Shown here: piece after piece, positions 16,597 to 25,318 of the stretch
Numbering within the stretch: position 1 is the first letter of the stretch
How the letters are laid out: each line of letters opens with the position of its first letter
Assembly: GCA_031178565.1 (NCBI GenBank)
Contig: JAPSIU010000002.1
Span: 1-38,163, forward strand
Length of the DNA stretch: 38,163 nt
Source: Leucobacter sp.
Lineage (GTDB): Bacteria; Actinomycetota; Actinomycetes; Actinomycetales; Microbacteriaceae
Direction: 5' to 3'
Notes under the pieces: model-generated
The model's database searches: none
What the model was told of the DNA's origin: nothing
What the model saw: only the letters and a program-made list of their open reading frames with translations
Position numbers and translations under genes: made by a program

Positions 16597-18057
16597 CTAC
16601 GGCTTCGGCGGTACGTACTCGTCGCCCGGGCCCCGATACCGGGGCATGAGCGCGATGAGGGATCGGGTGACCCATCCGATGCGCCGGTTCGTCCGCTCCC
16701 GGACGACACGTCGGATCACGGCTCGGCGCACGATGCGCGCTCCGATGTAGCGAAGGGGTTCGGGGAAGATCTTCGTGATGCGGCCCTTCTGATCCGCGAG
16801 AGGGCTGCGCGACCATTCGTCATCGACGTCGAGCAGCTTCGCGGCGAGCATCCTCGCCACGACCGGGATCTGCGCGAGCGCCGTACCGGTCCATCCGACG
16901 CAGTACAGCACATTCGGCGCCTCCTCCAGCGCCTCGATGATCGGCAGATGGGTGGCGGAGATGTCGATCGGCCCGACCCACGCGTAGTCGATCGCGGCGT
17001 CGCGCGTTTCCGGATACATCCGGTGCAGCTCGGCCGTCACCTCGACCTCGAGCCGGGGGTTGCGGTTGGTCCGGCGCTCCAGGCAGTCCTTGAAGATCGG
17101 CAGGCCGCTGCCCTGCCCGAGAAGCAATCGGTCATCGACGGTGCGCTGCAGATAGAGCACCTGCATCTGGCTGTCGCTGATCGCGCGGCCGGGGCGGAGC
17201 CCGACCTCGTCCAGCACCTCCGGGATCGGCCGCGTCACGACCACCTGTCCGTCCACCGCGTACATCACCCGGTTGATCTGAGGAATCGAGCCGGCCCAGG
17301 CGTTCGAGGCGATGAGCACACGATCCGCGACGACGCTTCCGTCCGGAGTGCGCAGCTCGGCCGCGACGCCTCCGGTGACGAGCTCGGTCACCGGACTGCG
17401 CTCGTAGATCCGCACCCCTCGGGCGAGGAGGTCGTCGCGCATGCTCGCGACCAGCTTGTACGGGTGCATCGTGCCCGAGTGCGGCTCGAGCACGCCTTCG
17501 CGACTCGTCGCCGCAGCGGTGGCCTCCCTCGCAGAGGCCCCTTCGATCCACTCGTACGGATGATCGCCGAGAGCATCGAGTTCCCGGATCGTGTCACGCC
17601 ATCCGCCGTCGTGCGCCGGCGCGACGGAGACGTTCACGAAGCCCTCGAGCCGGAGATCCATGTCGAGTCGACCGCTGCGCTGGAGCTCCTCCAACTCGCT
17701 GATCGCGTCGTCGGTCGCTCGCGCGAGACGCAGAGCCTCGTCCCGCCCGACGACCGCGCGGAGGAAATCCAGGCTGCCGAACCAGGTGTGCACCTGGCCG
17801 CCGTTCCGACCCGAAGCGCCCGAGCCGCAGAAGTCGGCTTCGAGGATCGCGATGTCCGCTTCGGGGTCGAGTTCCAACATTCGCCAAGCGGTCCACAGGC
17901 CGGTGAGTCCGCCCCCGATGATCGCGACCCGTGCCCGATGATCGCCGCTCAGCGCAGGCAGGTACGGCTCGTCGCGGTCCCTCACCGACTGGATCCAGTA
18001 GGACCGCTCGTCCGATCCTGCCGATACCGGGCGCCTCATCCGATACGTTCGTGTCAT
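16597..18057 (-). CDS. FAD-dependent amine/amino-acid oxidoreductase (DAO family, PuuB-like)
   Basis: SYW, VAIIGGGLTGLWTA dinucleotide fold, GASGRNGG, HPYKL, YAWVGPID. Confidence 0.88.
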   Translation of the reverse strand: MTRTYRMRRPVSAGSDERSYWIQSVRDRDEPYLPALSGDHRARVAIIGGGLTGLWTAWRMLELDPEADIAILEADFCGSGASGRNGGQVHTWFGSLDFLRAVVGRDEALRLARATDDAISELEELQRSGRLDMDLRLEGFVNVSVAPAHDGGWRDTIRELDALGDHPYEWIEGASAREATAAATSREGVLEPHSGTMHPYKLVASMRDDLLARGVRIYERSPVTELVTGGVAAELRTPDGSVVADRVLIASNAWAGSIPQINRVMYAVDGQVVVTRPIPEVLDEVGLRPGRAISDSQMQVLYLQRTVDDRLLLGQGSGLPIFKDCLERRTNRNPRLEVEVTAELHRMYPETRDAAIDYAWVGPIDISATHLPIIEALEEAPNVLYCVGWTGTALAQIPVVARMLAAKLLDVDDEWSRSPLADQKGRITKIFPEPLRYIGARIVRRAVIRRVVRERTNRRIGWVTRSLIALMPRYRGPGDEYVPPKP

Positions 18058-18060
18058 CGC

Positions 18061-18954
18061 CTATGCTCCGTTCTCTCGGCCGGCCGCAATACCCGCCGCA
18101 GGATAGCCGCGGGGGCGGAGGTAGTGCTCGTGGATCCACGGCAACGTGACGCGGGGCTCCTGCGGGAAGCCCCCGACGAAGCCGCAGGTGCGGGCCGCGC
18201 TCGCCGCCCCTTCCCGGAGCGCCGCCTCCAGACCCGCTCCGGCCGCGAGTTCCACGATGGTCGCCGCGATGAAGCTGTCTCCCGCCCCGCAGGTGTCGAC
18301 GACCTCGGTCGGCACCGCGGGCACGCGGAACTCCCCCTCGGGGCCGATCCCGATCGCTCCCTGCGCTCCGGAAGTGACGACCGCGCGTCGCGCGCCGTGG
18401 TCGAGCAGTTCCAGCGCCCGCTCCCGAGCCTCGTGCCGCCCCGCGGGCACCGATGCGAAGGCGACCGCGCAGCCGCCGAACCCCTCGACCGTCCCGAACG
18501 TGGATAGGTCGACGCTCACCGGGCAACCCTTCGCCATGAGGTCTCCCATGACGCCGTGGGAGAGGCCGGGAGCCTGCACGTGAACCCACTCCGCTCCGGA
18601 CGCGTCGCTCAGAACAGCGTCTCCGGGCTGCCACGCGGCTCCCACACCGAACTCTTCGAAGGCGAAGAGACGGTCGCCGTCGCGCATCTCGATGAGCGTG
18701 ACCCCTGTGAGACCGGGTAGTCGCACGACGTCCGAAGGATCGAGGCCCTGCCGCTCGAGCTCATCGAGGACCAGATCTCCCGCCGGGTCGTCGCCCACGG
18801 CGCCGTAATAATGCGCGTCGAATCCCGAGCGCCGCCAGTTGACGGCCACATTCAGGGCATTGCCCCCGACGAAGGTGCGGTCCGAGTTCACGTAGACGTC
18901 CAGGCAATTGTCGCCCACCGCCAGGAGCCTCGTCTCACCTCTTCCTCGACCCAT
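18061..18954 (-). CDS. frlD: PfkB family fructosamine kinase (FrlD-like)
   Basis: VGDNCLDVY...GGNALNVAV, GAVGDD, VVDTCGAGDSFIA. Confidence 0.82.
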   Translation of the reverse strand: MGRGRGETRLLAVGDNCLDVYVNSDRTFVGGNALNVAVNWRRSGFDAHYYGAVGDDPAGDLVLDELERQGLDPSDVVRLPGLTGVTLIEMRDGDRLFAFEEFGVGAAWQPGDAVLSDASGAEWVHVQAPGLSHGVMGDLMAKGCPVSVDLSTFGTVEGFGGCAVAFASVPAGRHEARERALELLDHGARRAVVTSGAQGAIGIGPEGEFRVPAVPTEVVDTCGAGDSFIAATIVELAAGAGLEAALREGAASAARTCGFVGGFPQEPRVTLPWIHEHYLRPRGYPAAGIAAGRENGA

Positions 18955-18956
18955 GT

Positions 18957-18970
18957 TGATAACGATATCA
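18957..18970. promoter_or_regulatory. LacI-type operator 3 (TGATAACGATATCA) overlapping putative leaderless -10
   Basis: One mismatch to TGATAACGTTATCA. On the minus strand, TATCGT lies 7 nt before ATG 18954. Confidence 0.7.
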
Positions 18971-19117
18971 GACCTCTACGCCCCGCAGGCGGAAGTCGAT
19001 CGCGAACTGCGGATTTGTCCCCTCTCGGTCCTCCGGGCCTAGAATGGCGGAGCGTCGGAAGACCTCACCCGGCGTCGACTTCCGACGCGGGCGATCCAGA
19101 CACGAAGGTGGGATGCG

Positions 19118-19867
19118 ATGAGCCCGCAGAAGCCCGCTCGCGAGGGCTCGCGCAAGAGATCGTCGGTCAAGGCCGTGCGCGCCTTCGTGCTCGAGACGAT
19201 CCGGGAACGTGGGCTGCAGGCCGGCGACCGCCTCAACACCGAGGCCGAACTCACCGAGAGGTCGGGAGCGTCGCGCTCCACCGTGCGGGATGCCCTGAAG
19301 AGCCTTGAGCACGAGGGGGTCATCGGCTCAGTGCACGGTCACGGCTGGTTCGTCTCGGCGATCGGCTCCCTGCATGTCGAGCGTCCCGTCACCAGGTACG
19401 AGAGCATCACGGAGATGCTCGATGCGCGTGGTTTCGAGGTCACGAGCGCCGTACTCGGCGTCGAGGAATCGCAAGCGGCCGAGCACGAGGCGCACGCGCT
19501 CGGGATCCCCCCAGGGACACCCGTGATCAGGCTCACCCGCATCCGCTACGGCGACGGGGAACCCATGGTCCTGAGCCTCAACGTGATTCTCCGCGACGCG
19601 CTGCCAGGCCCACTCAATCATCGTGACTGGAGCGGCTCGCTGACCGTGGCTCTCGAGGCGCACGGTCACTTCATCAATTCGTCCGCCGCCACCATCACGG
19701 CCGCAGATCTGCCCGCCGACATCGAGCAGCGGTACAACCTGGAGAGCCTCGGACCGTGGCTGCTCGTGCAGGAGACGTGCTTGTCCCGAGCGGGAACGCG
19801 CACCATCTACGCCGAAGAGTACTGCCGGGGCTCCGAGATCGGCTTCAGCGTGCTGCGTCGCCGCTGA
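19118..19867 (+). CDS. GntR family (HutC/UTRA) regulator
   Basis: GDRLNTEAELTERSGASRSTVRDALKSLE...HGHGWFV wHTH, followed by a UTRA domain. Confidence 0.93.
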   Translation: MSPQKPAREGSRKRSSVKAVRAFVLETIRERGLQAGDRLNTEAELTERSGASRSTVRDALKSLEHEGVIGSVHGHGWFVSAIGSLHVERPVTRYESITEMLDARGFEVTSAVLGVEESQAAEHEAHALGIPPGTPVIRLTRIRYGDGEPMVLSLNVILRDALPGPLNHRDWSGSLTVALEAHGHFINSSAATITAADLPADIEQRYNLESLGPWLLVQETCLSRAGTRTIYAEEYCRGSEIGFSVLRRR

Positions 19868-19901
19868 GGACCGCTCGCGCGCTCACCGGACACGAGAAGC
19901 G

Positions 19902-19930
19902 AAGCGGCCTCCCCGCGGGGAGGCCGCTTT
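19902..19930 (+). terminator. Intrinsic terminator after gntR
   Basis: aagcggcctcccc-gc-ggggaggccgcttt. Confidence 0.7.
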
Positions 19931-19958
19931 CCGATGCCTCGACCACGCCGAATCCCTC

Positions 19959-19987
19959 TTGACGGTATTGAATTCATACAATAGCGT
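19959..19987 (+). promoter_or_regulatory. Putative promoter of the pfkB operon
   Basis: TTGACG-17 nt-TAGCGT in an AT-rich patch, with CATACAA direct repeats at 19975 and 19995. Confidence 0.6.
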
Positions 19988-20084
19988 GTGAAAACATACA
20001 ACTCATCGGTGTTCACATCTGCAGGGTCGCGGCCCATGGTCCCGCACCTCGGCGCGATGGGATGCCCGACGGAGAGGACTCGCT

Positions 20085-21071
20085 GTGGAGGCTGCCCGCG
20101 GAGCTGGGGTGCGCGTGATCGGCAATCTCAATACCGATCTGTTGATCCGCGGAGCGGACGCCCTTCCCCTCTGGGGTCAGGAAGTGATCGGCCGCGAGCA
20201 CCGCTTCTTCCCGTCGGGGCAGGCGGGCTACCTCGCACTCGGTCTCGCCGCGCTCGGCACGCCCGTGTCCGTCGTGGGGGTCGTCGGCGACGATGCCGAG
20301 GGACTCCGGATCGTGGGCGCCCTGCGGGAGAGCGGCGCCGATGTCGATGGGATCGATCTCCTCAGCGGCGAGCAGACCGGACTCACGGTCGCCCTCGTCC
20401 GGGCGGACGGCGAGCGAGCCTTCGCATCGAGCCTCGGGTGCTCGGCCCGCCTCACGGCGGGCATCATCCGCGACGCGACCCGGCGAACCCCGGGCAGGGG
20501 CACCGTCGCCCTCGTCGGGCTGTTCATGACCTCCGGCGTAGACCTCGATGAGGCGCGCGAGTACCTCGCATCGCATCGCCGAGACGGCGGGTTCACCGTG
20601 GTCGACACTGGCTGGGATCCGGCCGGATGGACGGCGGGGACGCTCGCGAAGGTGCGGGACCTGCTCGCAGAGGTCGACCTCTTCCTCCCAAACCTCGACG
20701 AGGCCGAGGCCATCACCGGGGAGACGTCGCCGGAGGCCGCGATCGAGGCGCTCCGCACGCTCTGCCCCGGCAGCATCGTGGTCAAGTGCGGGTCCGACGG
20801 CAGCGTCGCGTGGCACGACGGTGCGATGCTGCGGCACGGCGCCTTCGCCACGCGCGTCGTCGACGCGGTCGGCGCGGGAGACGCATTCGACGCCGGGCTC
20901 CTGTCGGCGCTGCACCGCGGTCTCGCGATGGACGCGGCGCTGACGTTCGCACACGCTGCCGCTTCGATCTACGTCTCGCGGGCGTCCGACCGCCATCCCA
21001 CCAGGGACGAGGTTGTGCGTCTGCTCGCCGAAAACCAGTCCGGAACAACAGAAGATGGAGACATTCAATGA
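20085..21071 (+). CDS. PfkB family carbohydrate kinase
   Basis: IGNLNTDL, GVVGDDAEG, FLPNLDEA, VVKCGSDG, DAVGAGDAFDAG. Confidence 0.92.
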   Translation: MEAARGAGVRVIGNLNTDLLIRGADALPLWGQEVIGREHRFFPSGQAGYLALGLAALGTPVSVVGVVGDDAEGLRIVGALRESGADVDGIDLLSGEQTGLTVALVRADGERAFASSLGCSARLTAGIIRDATRRTPGRGTVALVGLFMTSGVDLDEAREYLASHRRDGGFTVVDTGWDPAGWTAGTLAKVRDLLAEVDLFLPNLDEAEAITGETSPEAAIEALRTLCPGSIVVKCGSDGSVAWHDGAMLRHGAFATRVVDAVGAGDAFDAGLLSALHRGLAMDAALTFAHAAASIYVSRASDRHPTRDEVVRLLAENQSGTTEDGDIQ

Positions 21072-21928
21072 CGGTGATCGACTTCCGCACCTCCCCAGTT
21101 CAGGTGCAGGAGCTCTTCGACGGCGACCCGGGGTTGCGCGCCTCGGTGCGAGACATCTTCGGGTTCTACTGCTCGGCGCAACCGCTCGCGACGTACCTCG
21201 GGCAGCTGGACGAGGCGGGGATCGACAGCGCCGTGATGGTGGCGCTCGACTGCACGAGCGCGCACGGCGCCACCGTGGTTCGCAATGAGCAGCTCGCCGA
21301 GCTCGCCGGGCGGAGCGAACGCATCATCGGCTTCGCCTCCGTCGATCCCGGCCTGCCCGAAGCCCCGGACCGACTGCGCTCGGCCGTGCGCGACCTGGGT
21401 CTGCACGGGCTCAATCTCGACCCCGCGCTGCAGCACTTCGACCCGGCCGACGAACAGCGTGCCTTCCCGGTCTTCGCGGCGGCGGAGGAACTCCGCATCC
21501 CGATCGCGCTCGCCGTCGGGCACAACTGGGCACCGCTCGCCCGAACCGCGGCTGCGACCCCGCTCTCGGTCGAGCCCGCGATCCGCGCCTTCCCCGAAGC
21601 CGACTTCGTGCTCTCGCATCTGGGCTGGCCGTTCGTGCAGGAGGCGCTCGCACTCGCCATCAAGTACCCGAACGTGTTCCTCGACACCTCGGTGCTGTTC
21701 GGCGGCCGCCCCGAGTCGTCGCTCCGCCGTGTGCTCGAGGACCAGATCGGCCTCGACGTCGTCGAGGCGAGCCTGCGGGAGAAGCTCATCTTCGCCTCCG
21801 ACTACCCTCGCGTCGATCCCAAGCGCTTCGCCCGTGGGCTCCGCATGCTCGGTCTGCGGTCGCTCACCGAGCAGAAGATCTTCGGGCTCAACGCTCAAAC
21901 TCTGCTCAACAAGAAAGGCGCGCTGTGA
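21068..21928 (+). CDS. Amidohydrolase_2-like TIM-barrel protein with atypical metal site
   Basis: IIGFASVDP, SHLGWP, KYPNVFLDTS, FASDYP, KIFGLNA. ATGA overlap with pfkB. N-terminal IDFRTSP replaces IDxHxH. Confidence 0.85.
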   Translation: MTVIDFRTSPVQVQELFDGDPGLRASVRDIFGFYCSAQPLATYLGQLDEAGIDSAVMVALDCTSAHGATVVRNEQLAELAGRSERIIGFASVDPGLPEAPDRLRSAVRDLGLHGLNLDPALQHFDPADEQRAFPVFAAAEELRIPIALAVGHNWAPLARTAAATPLSVEPAIRAFPEADFVLSHLGWPFVQEALALAIKYPNVFLDTSVLFGGRPESSLRRVLEDQIGLDVVEASLREKLIFASDYPRVDPKRFARGLRMLGLRSLTEQKIFGLNAQTLLNKKGAL

Positions 21929-22356
21929 AATCAGAAGTCATCCGTCTCGGCATTCAGACCTCCCACGACACCGAGGTGATCGACATCACCGAACGCGTGA
22001 AGGAGGCAGCCCGCAGCACGGGCGTGCAGAACGGCATCGTCTACACGACCACGATGCACACCACGAGCGGCATCATGGTGAACGAGGGGCTGCCCGACGT
22101 CGAAACGGACATCCTCTCGATGCTGCAGCGCACCGCCCCCGAGATCGGCGACTACCGCCACGCCCGGTTCCTGCCGAGCGATGGCCAGATGGCGGTGAAC
22201 TCCTGCTCCCACCAGCGCAGTCATCTCACGGGGATGCAGGTCGCATTCCCGATCCAGGACGGGGAGATGGTAATGGGCGGCCGCCAGACCATCTACTTCG
22301 CCGAGTTCGACGGACCGCTCCACCGTGAGTTCATCGTCCACGTGATGGGCGAATGA
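21925..22356 (+). CDS. yjbQ: YjbQ/UPF0047 family protein
   Basis: VIDITERV, HTTSGIMVNE, YRH, NSCSH, QTIYFAEFDGP. Confidence 0.9.
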   Translation: MKSEVIRLGIQTSHDTEVIDITERVKEAARSTGVQNGIVYTTTMHTTSGIMVNEGLPDVETDILSMLQRTAPEIGDYRHARFLPSDGQMAVNSCSHQRSHLTGMQVAFPIQDGEMVMGGRQTIYFAEFDGPLHREFIVHVMGE

Positions 22357-22403
22357 CCCGCCCCTCCCCCGGTGCAACGCCGCACTGACAGAAGGAGATC
22401 CGA

Positions 22404-23171
22404 ATGGACGCACCCCTGCTCGAGGCCTCGGGCATCGTCAAGAGCTACGGAAGCGTCCGCGCGCTCCGCGGCGCAGACTTCTCGGTGTTCGCGGGCGAGA
22501 TCGTGGCGCTCGTCGGCGACAACGGCGCCGGGAAGAGCACACTCGTGAAGGCGCTCTCCGGCGTCGTCGCACCCGAGGCCGGCTCGATCACGATCGGCGA
22601 CCGGACACTGACCTCGCTCAGCCCGATCACCGCTCGGCGGCTCGGCATCGAGACCGTCTATCAGGACCTCGCCCTTGCACCGACGCTCGATCCAGCGGCG
22701 AACCTCTTCCTCGGTCGCGAACTGCGCCGCCGCGGGTTGCTCGGCCGGATGGGCTTCATCGACAAGGCGGCGATGCGGCAGCAGGGGGAGGCGAAGTTCC
22801 GCGAACTCGGCGTCACGATCCAAGACGTCGCCTCGCCCGTCAGCTCGATGTCCGGCGGTCAACGTCAGGGGGTGGCGGTGAGCCGCGCGGCGGCGTGGGC
22901 CAGCAGGATCATCTTCCTGGACGAGCCGACAGCCGCGCTCGGGGTCGTGCAGACGCGCAACGTGCTCGACCTGATGCGACGCGTGCGCGACCTGGGGATC
23001 GGTGTCGTGCTCATCAGCCACAGCATGCCCGACGTGCTCGCGGTCTCGGATCGAATCGAGGTCATGCGCCGCGGGCAGCGGGTCGCGCAGCTCGTCACGG
23101 AGCGGGTGACGGGCGAGGAGGTCATCGCGGCGATGACCGGCGTGAACGCAGAGATTGGAGAATCGGAATGA
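22404..23171 (+). CDS. Sugar ABC transporter ATP-binding protein (single domain)
   Basis: GDNGAGKST, VYQDLAL, MSGGQRQ, LDEPTAALG. Confidence 0.95.
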   Translation: MDAPLLEASGIVKSYGSVRALRGADFSVFAGEIVALVGDNGAGKSTLVKALSGVVAPEAGSITIGDRTLTSLSPITARRLGIETVYQDLALAPTLDPAANLFLGRELRRRGLLGRMGFIDKAAMRQQGEAKFRELGVTIQDVASPVSSMSGGQRQGVAVSRAAAWASRIIFLDEPTAALGVVQTRNVLDLMRRVRDLGIGVVLISHSMPDVLAVSDRIEVMRRGQRVAQLVTERVTGEEVIAAMTGVNAEIGESE

Positions 23172-24202
23172 GCCTCACCGACAACGACCTCGACACCGTC
23201 GCTGTACCGGCGGCGCCGGATCCCGGCGGAGCCGTCGCACGCTGGTGGCGTCGGCTCCGCCGTGGCCAGGTCACCTGGATCGCACTCATCCTCATCGCGC
23301 TCATCGCGCTGTTCGCCCTCATCGCCGGAGACTCGTTCGCGTCCATCGCGAACGCGCGCAACATCGCAATGAGCGCTTCGATTCTGCTCCTGATCTCGCT
23401 CGGACAGCTCTTCATCATCGTCACGGGAGGCATCGACCTCTCCGGCGGCGCGGTCCTCGTCTTCTCCGGTGTCGTGGCGAGCACGGTGATGAACTCCCTC
23501 GGCGGGACACTCGGTGGCATTCTCGCCGGCCTCGTCGCCGGCATCCTCGCCGGCGCTGCGTGGGGGCTGGTGAACGGCTTGCTGGTGACGAAAGCGCGCA
23601 TTCCACCGCTCATCGCAACGCTCGGCTCGATGGGCATGGCCATGGGTCTCGCCCTCGTCATCACCGATGGGATCGACGATCGGGCCCCTCTGGCTCTCGC
23701 GAAGGAGCTCGGCGTCGGCCGCGCGTTCGGTATCGTGCCGTGGATCGTGATCATCGCGATCGCGATCGGAATCGCCATGGCCGTGCTCCTGAACGAGACG
23801 GTGTTCGGACGACACACCTTCGCCATCGGCGCGAGCAAGGCCGCCGCCGAACGCACCGGGATCCGCGTGGACCGTCACCTCATGAAGGTCTACGCGCTGG
23901 CGGGAGCGCTCGCGGGAGTCGCCGGATTCCTCGCGCTCGCGCGCTTCGGCACCACCACGATCAGCGGACACGTCGAGGACAATCTCAAGGCTATCACGGC
24001 TGTCGTCCTCGGGGGCGCGAGTCTGCTCGGGGGCATGGGCACCGTCACGGGCACCGTCATCGGCGCCCTCATCCCGGTCGTGCTGCTGAACGGCTTCGTG
24101 ATCACCGGAGTGCAGGCGTTCTGGCAGCAGTTCGCGATCGGTCTGGTCCTCGTGATCGCCGTGTACCTCGATCGTCGCCGCAACGCCGGCGTCCGGGACT
24201 GA
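23168..24202 (+). CDS. Sugar ABC transporter permease (RbsC-like)
   Basis: GGIDLS, IPPLIATLG, TVFGRHTFAIG, AITAVVLGGASLLGG. ATGA overlap. Confidence 0.95.
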   Translation: MSLTDNDLDTVAVPAAPDPGGAVARWWRRLRRGQVTWIALILIALIALFALIAGDSFASIANARNIAMSASILLLISLGQLFIIVTGGIDLSGGAVLVFSGVVASTVMNSLGGTLGGILAGLVAGILAGAAWGLVNGLLVTKARIPPLIATLGSMGMAMGLALVITDGIDDRAPLALAKELGVGRAFGIVPWIVIIAIAIGIAMAVLLNETVFGRHTFAIGASKAAAERTGIRVDRHLMKVYALAGALAGVAGFLALARFGTTTISGHVEDNLKAITAVVLGGASLLGGMGTVTGTVIGALIPVVLLNGFVITGVQAFWQQFAIGLVLVIAVYLDRRRNAGVRD

Positions 24203-24250
24203 GGTCCCGCTCCCCACCCGCAGCCCCATCTCAGCACCAAGGACACCACC

Positions 24251-25246
24251 ATGCACAGCTATTCCCACCCGTTCGCGCGGTCCCTCCGCCCACTGCTCGG
24301 CATCACCGCCATCGCCGCAACGCTTCTCGTCACTGCATGTTCCGGAGGCGCGGAGAGCGGTGGACGAGAGGATCTCTCCGTCACCTTCGTCGCGGGGGTC
24401 AAAGGCGACCCCTTCTACATCACGATGATGTGCGGCGCTCAGGCCGAAGCCGAGAAGCTCGGCGCCTCGTTCGACTTCCAGGCGCCCGCCTCGTTCAGTC
24501 CCACGGATCAGATTCCGATCGTCGACGGTGTCGCGGCAGCGGCCCCGGACATCCTGCTGATCGCACCGACCGACGACGAGGCGATGTACGCCTCGATCGC
24601 ACAGGTGGCGGAGGCCGGTACGCAGGTCGTGTTCGTCGACACCACGCTGAAGGACCCGAGCATCGGCGTCGCACAGGTGCACACCGACGACTACGCGGGC
24701 GGTGTCGAAGCGGCGAACGCCCTAGCCGAATTGATCGGCGGCTCGGGGAAGGTGCTGCTGCTCAACTTCCAACCCGGCGTCTCCACAACCGAGGCACGGG
24801 GGCAGGGCTTCCTCGACACCGCCGAGGAGATCGGCATCGAGGTGATCGGGACGGAGTACGGCGGCACGGAGATCGAGAAGAGCACCTCGATCGTCGACGC
24901 AGCGCTCCAGCAGCATCCCGATCTCGCCGGGATCTTCACGACGACGGATTTCGGGGCGCAGGGCGCGGTGACGGCGCTCCGCACCGCGGGATCCGTGGGG
25001 GACGTCAAGATCGTCGGGTTCGACGCCTCCCCCGTGATGGTGGAGCAACTCAAGGCCGGGGAGATCCAGACGATCGTCACTCAGCAGGCGCGTGAGATCG
25101 CGCGGCTCGGCCTGGAGCAGGGCATCGCCGCGATCGAGGGAGATCCTGTCGAGGAGGAGATCGAGGTCGGCACCGTGACCCTCACCGCCGACGATCTCGA
25201 ATCCGAGGAAGCGCAGACGGTGCTGCAGACGGATAGTTGTGGTTGA
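24251..25246 (+). CDS. Sugar ABC transporter substrate-binding lipoprotein
   Basis: Lipobox LVTAC, GVKGDPFYITMMCGA, KIVGFDA. Confidence 0.93.
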   Translation: MHSYSHPFARSLRPLLGITAIAATLLVTACSGGAESGGREDLSVTFVAGVKGDPFYITMMCGAQAEAEKLGASFDFQAPASFSPTDQIPIVDGVAAAAPDILLIAPTDDEAMYASIAQVAEAGTQVVFVDTTLKDPSIGVAQVHTDDYAGGVEAANALAELIGGSGKVLLLNFQPGVSTTEARGQGFLDTAEEIGIEVIGTEYGGTEIEKSTSIVDAALQQHPDLAGIFTTTDFGAQGAVTALRTAGSVGDVKIVGFDASPVMVEQLKAGEIQTIVTQQAREIARLGLEQGIAAIEGDPVEEEIEVGTVTLTADDLESEEAQTVLQTDSCG

Positions 25247-25318
25247 CCGCGCGTCGACCATCGCCGACCCTCGCTCTCCCGGAGTCCGCCCCGGTGTCGA
25301 GCGGGGGTCGACCGGACG

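Noticed and set aside
16537-18507. 656-aa plus-strand ORF
   Set aside because: Antisense shadow of the FAD oxidase and frlD-like genes.
22865-25095. 605-aa minus-strand and 646-aa plus-strand ORFs over the sugar ABC genes
   Set aside because: Antisense or off-frame, low-complexity translations overlapping well-supported genes.
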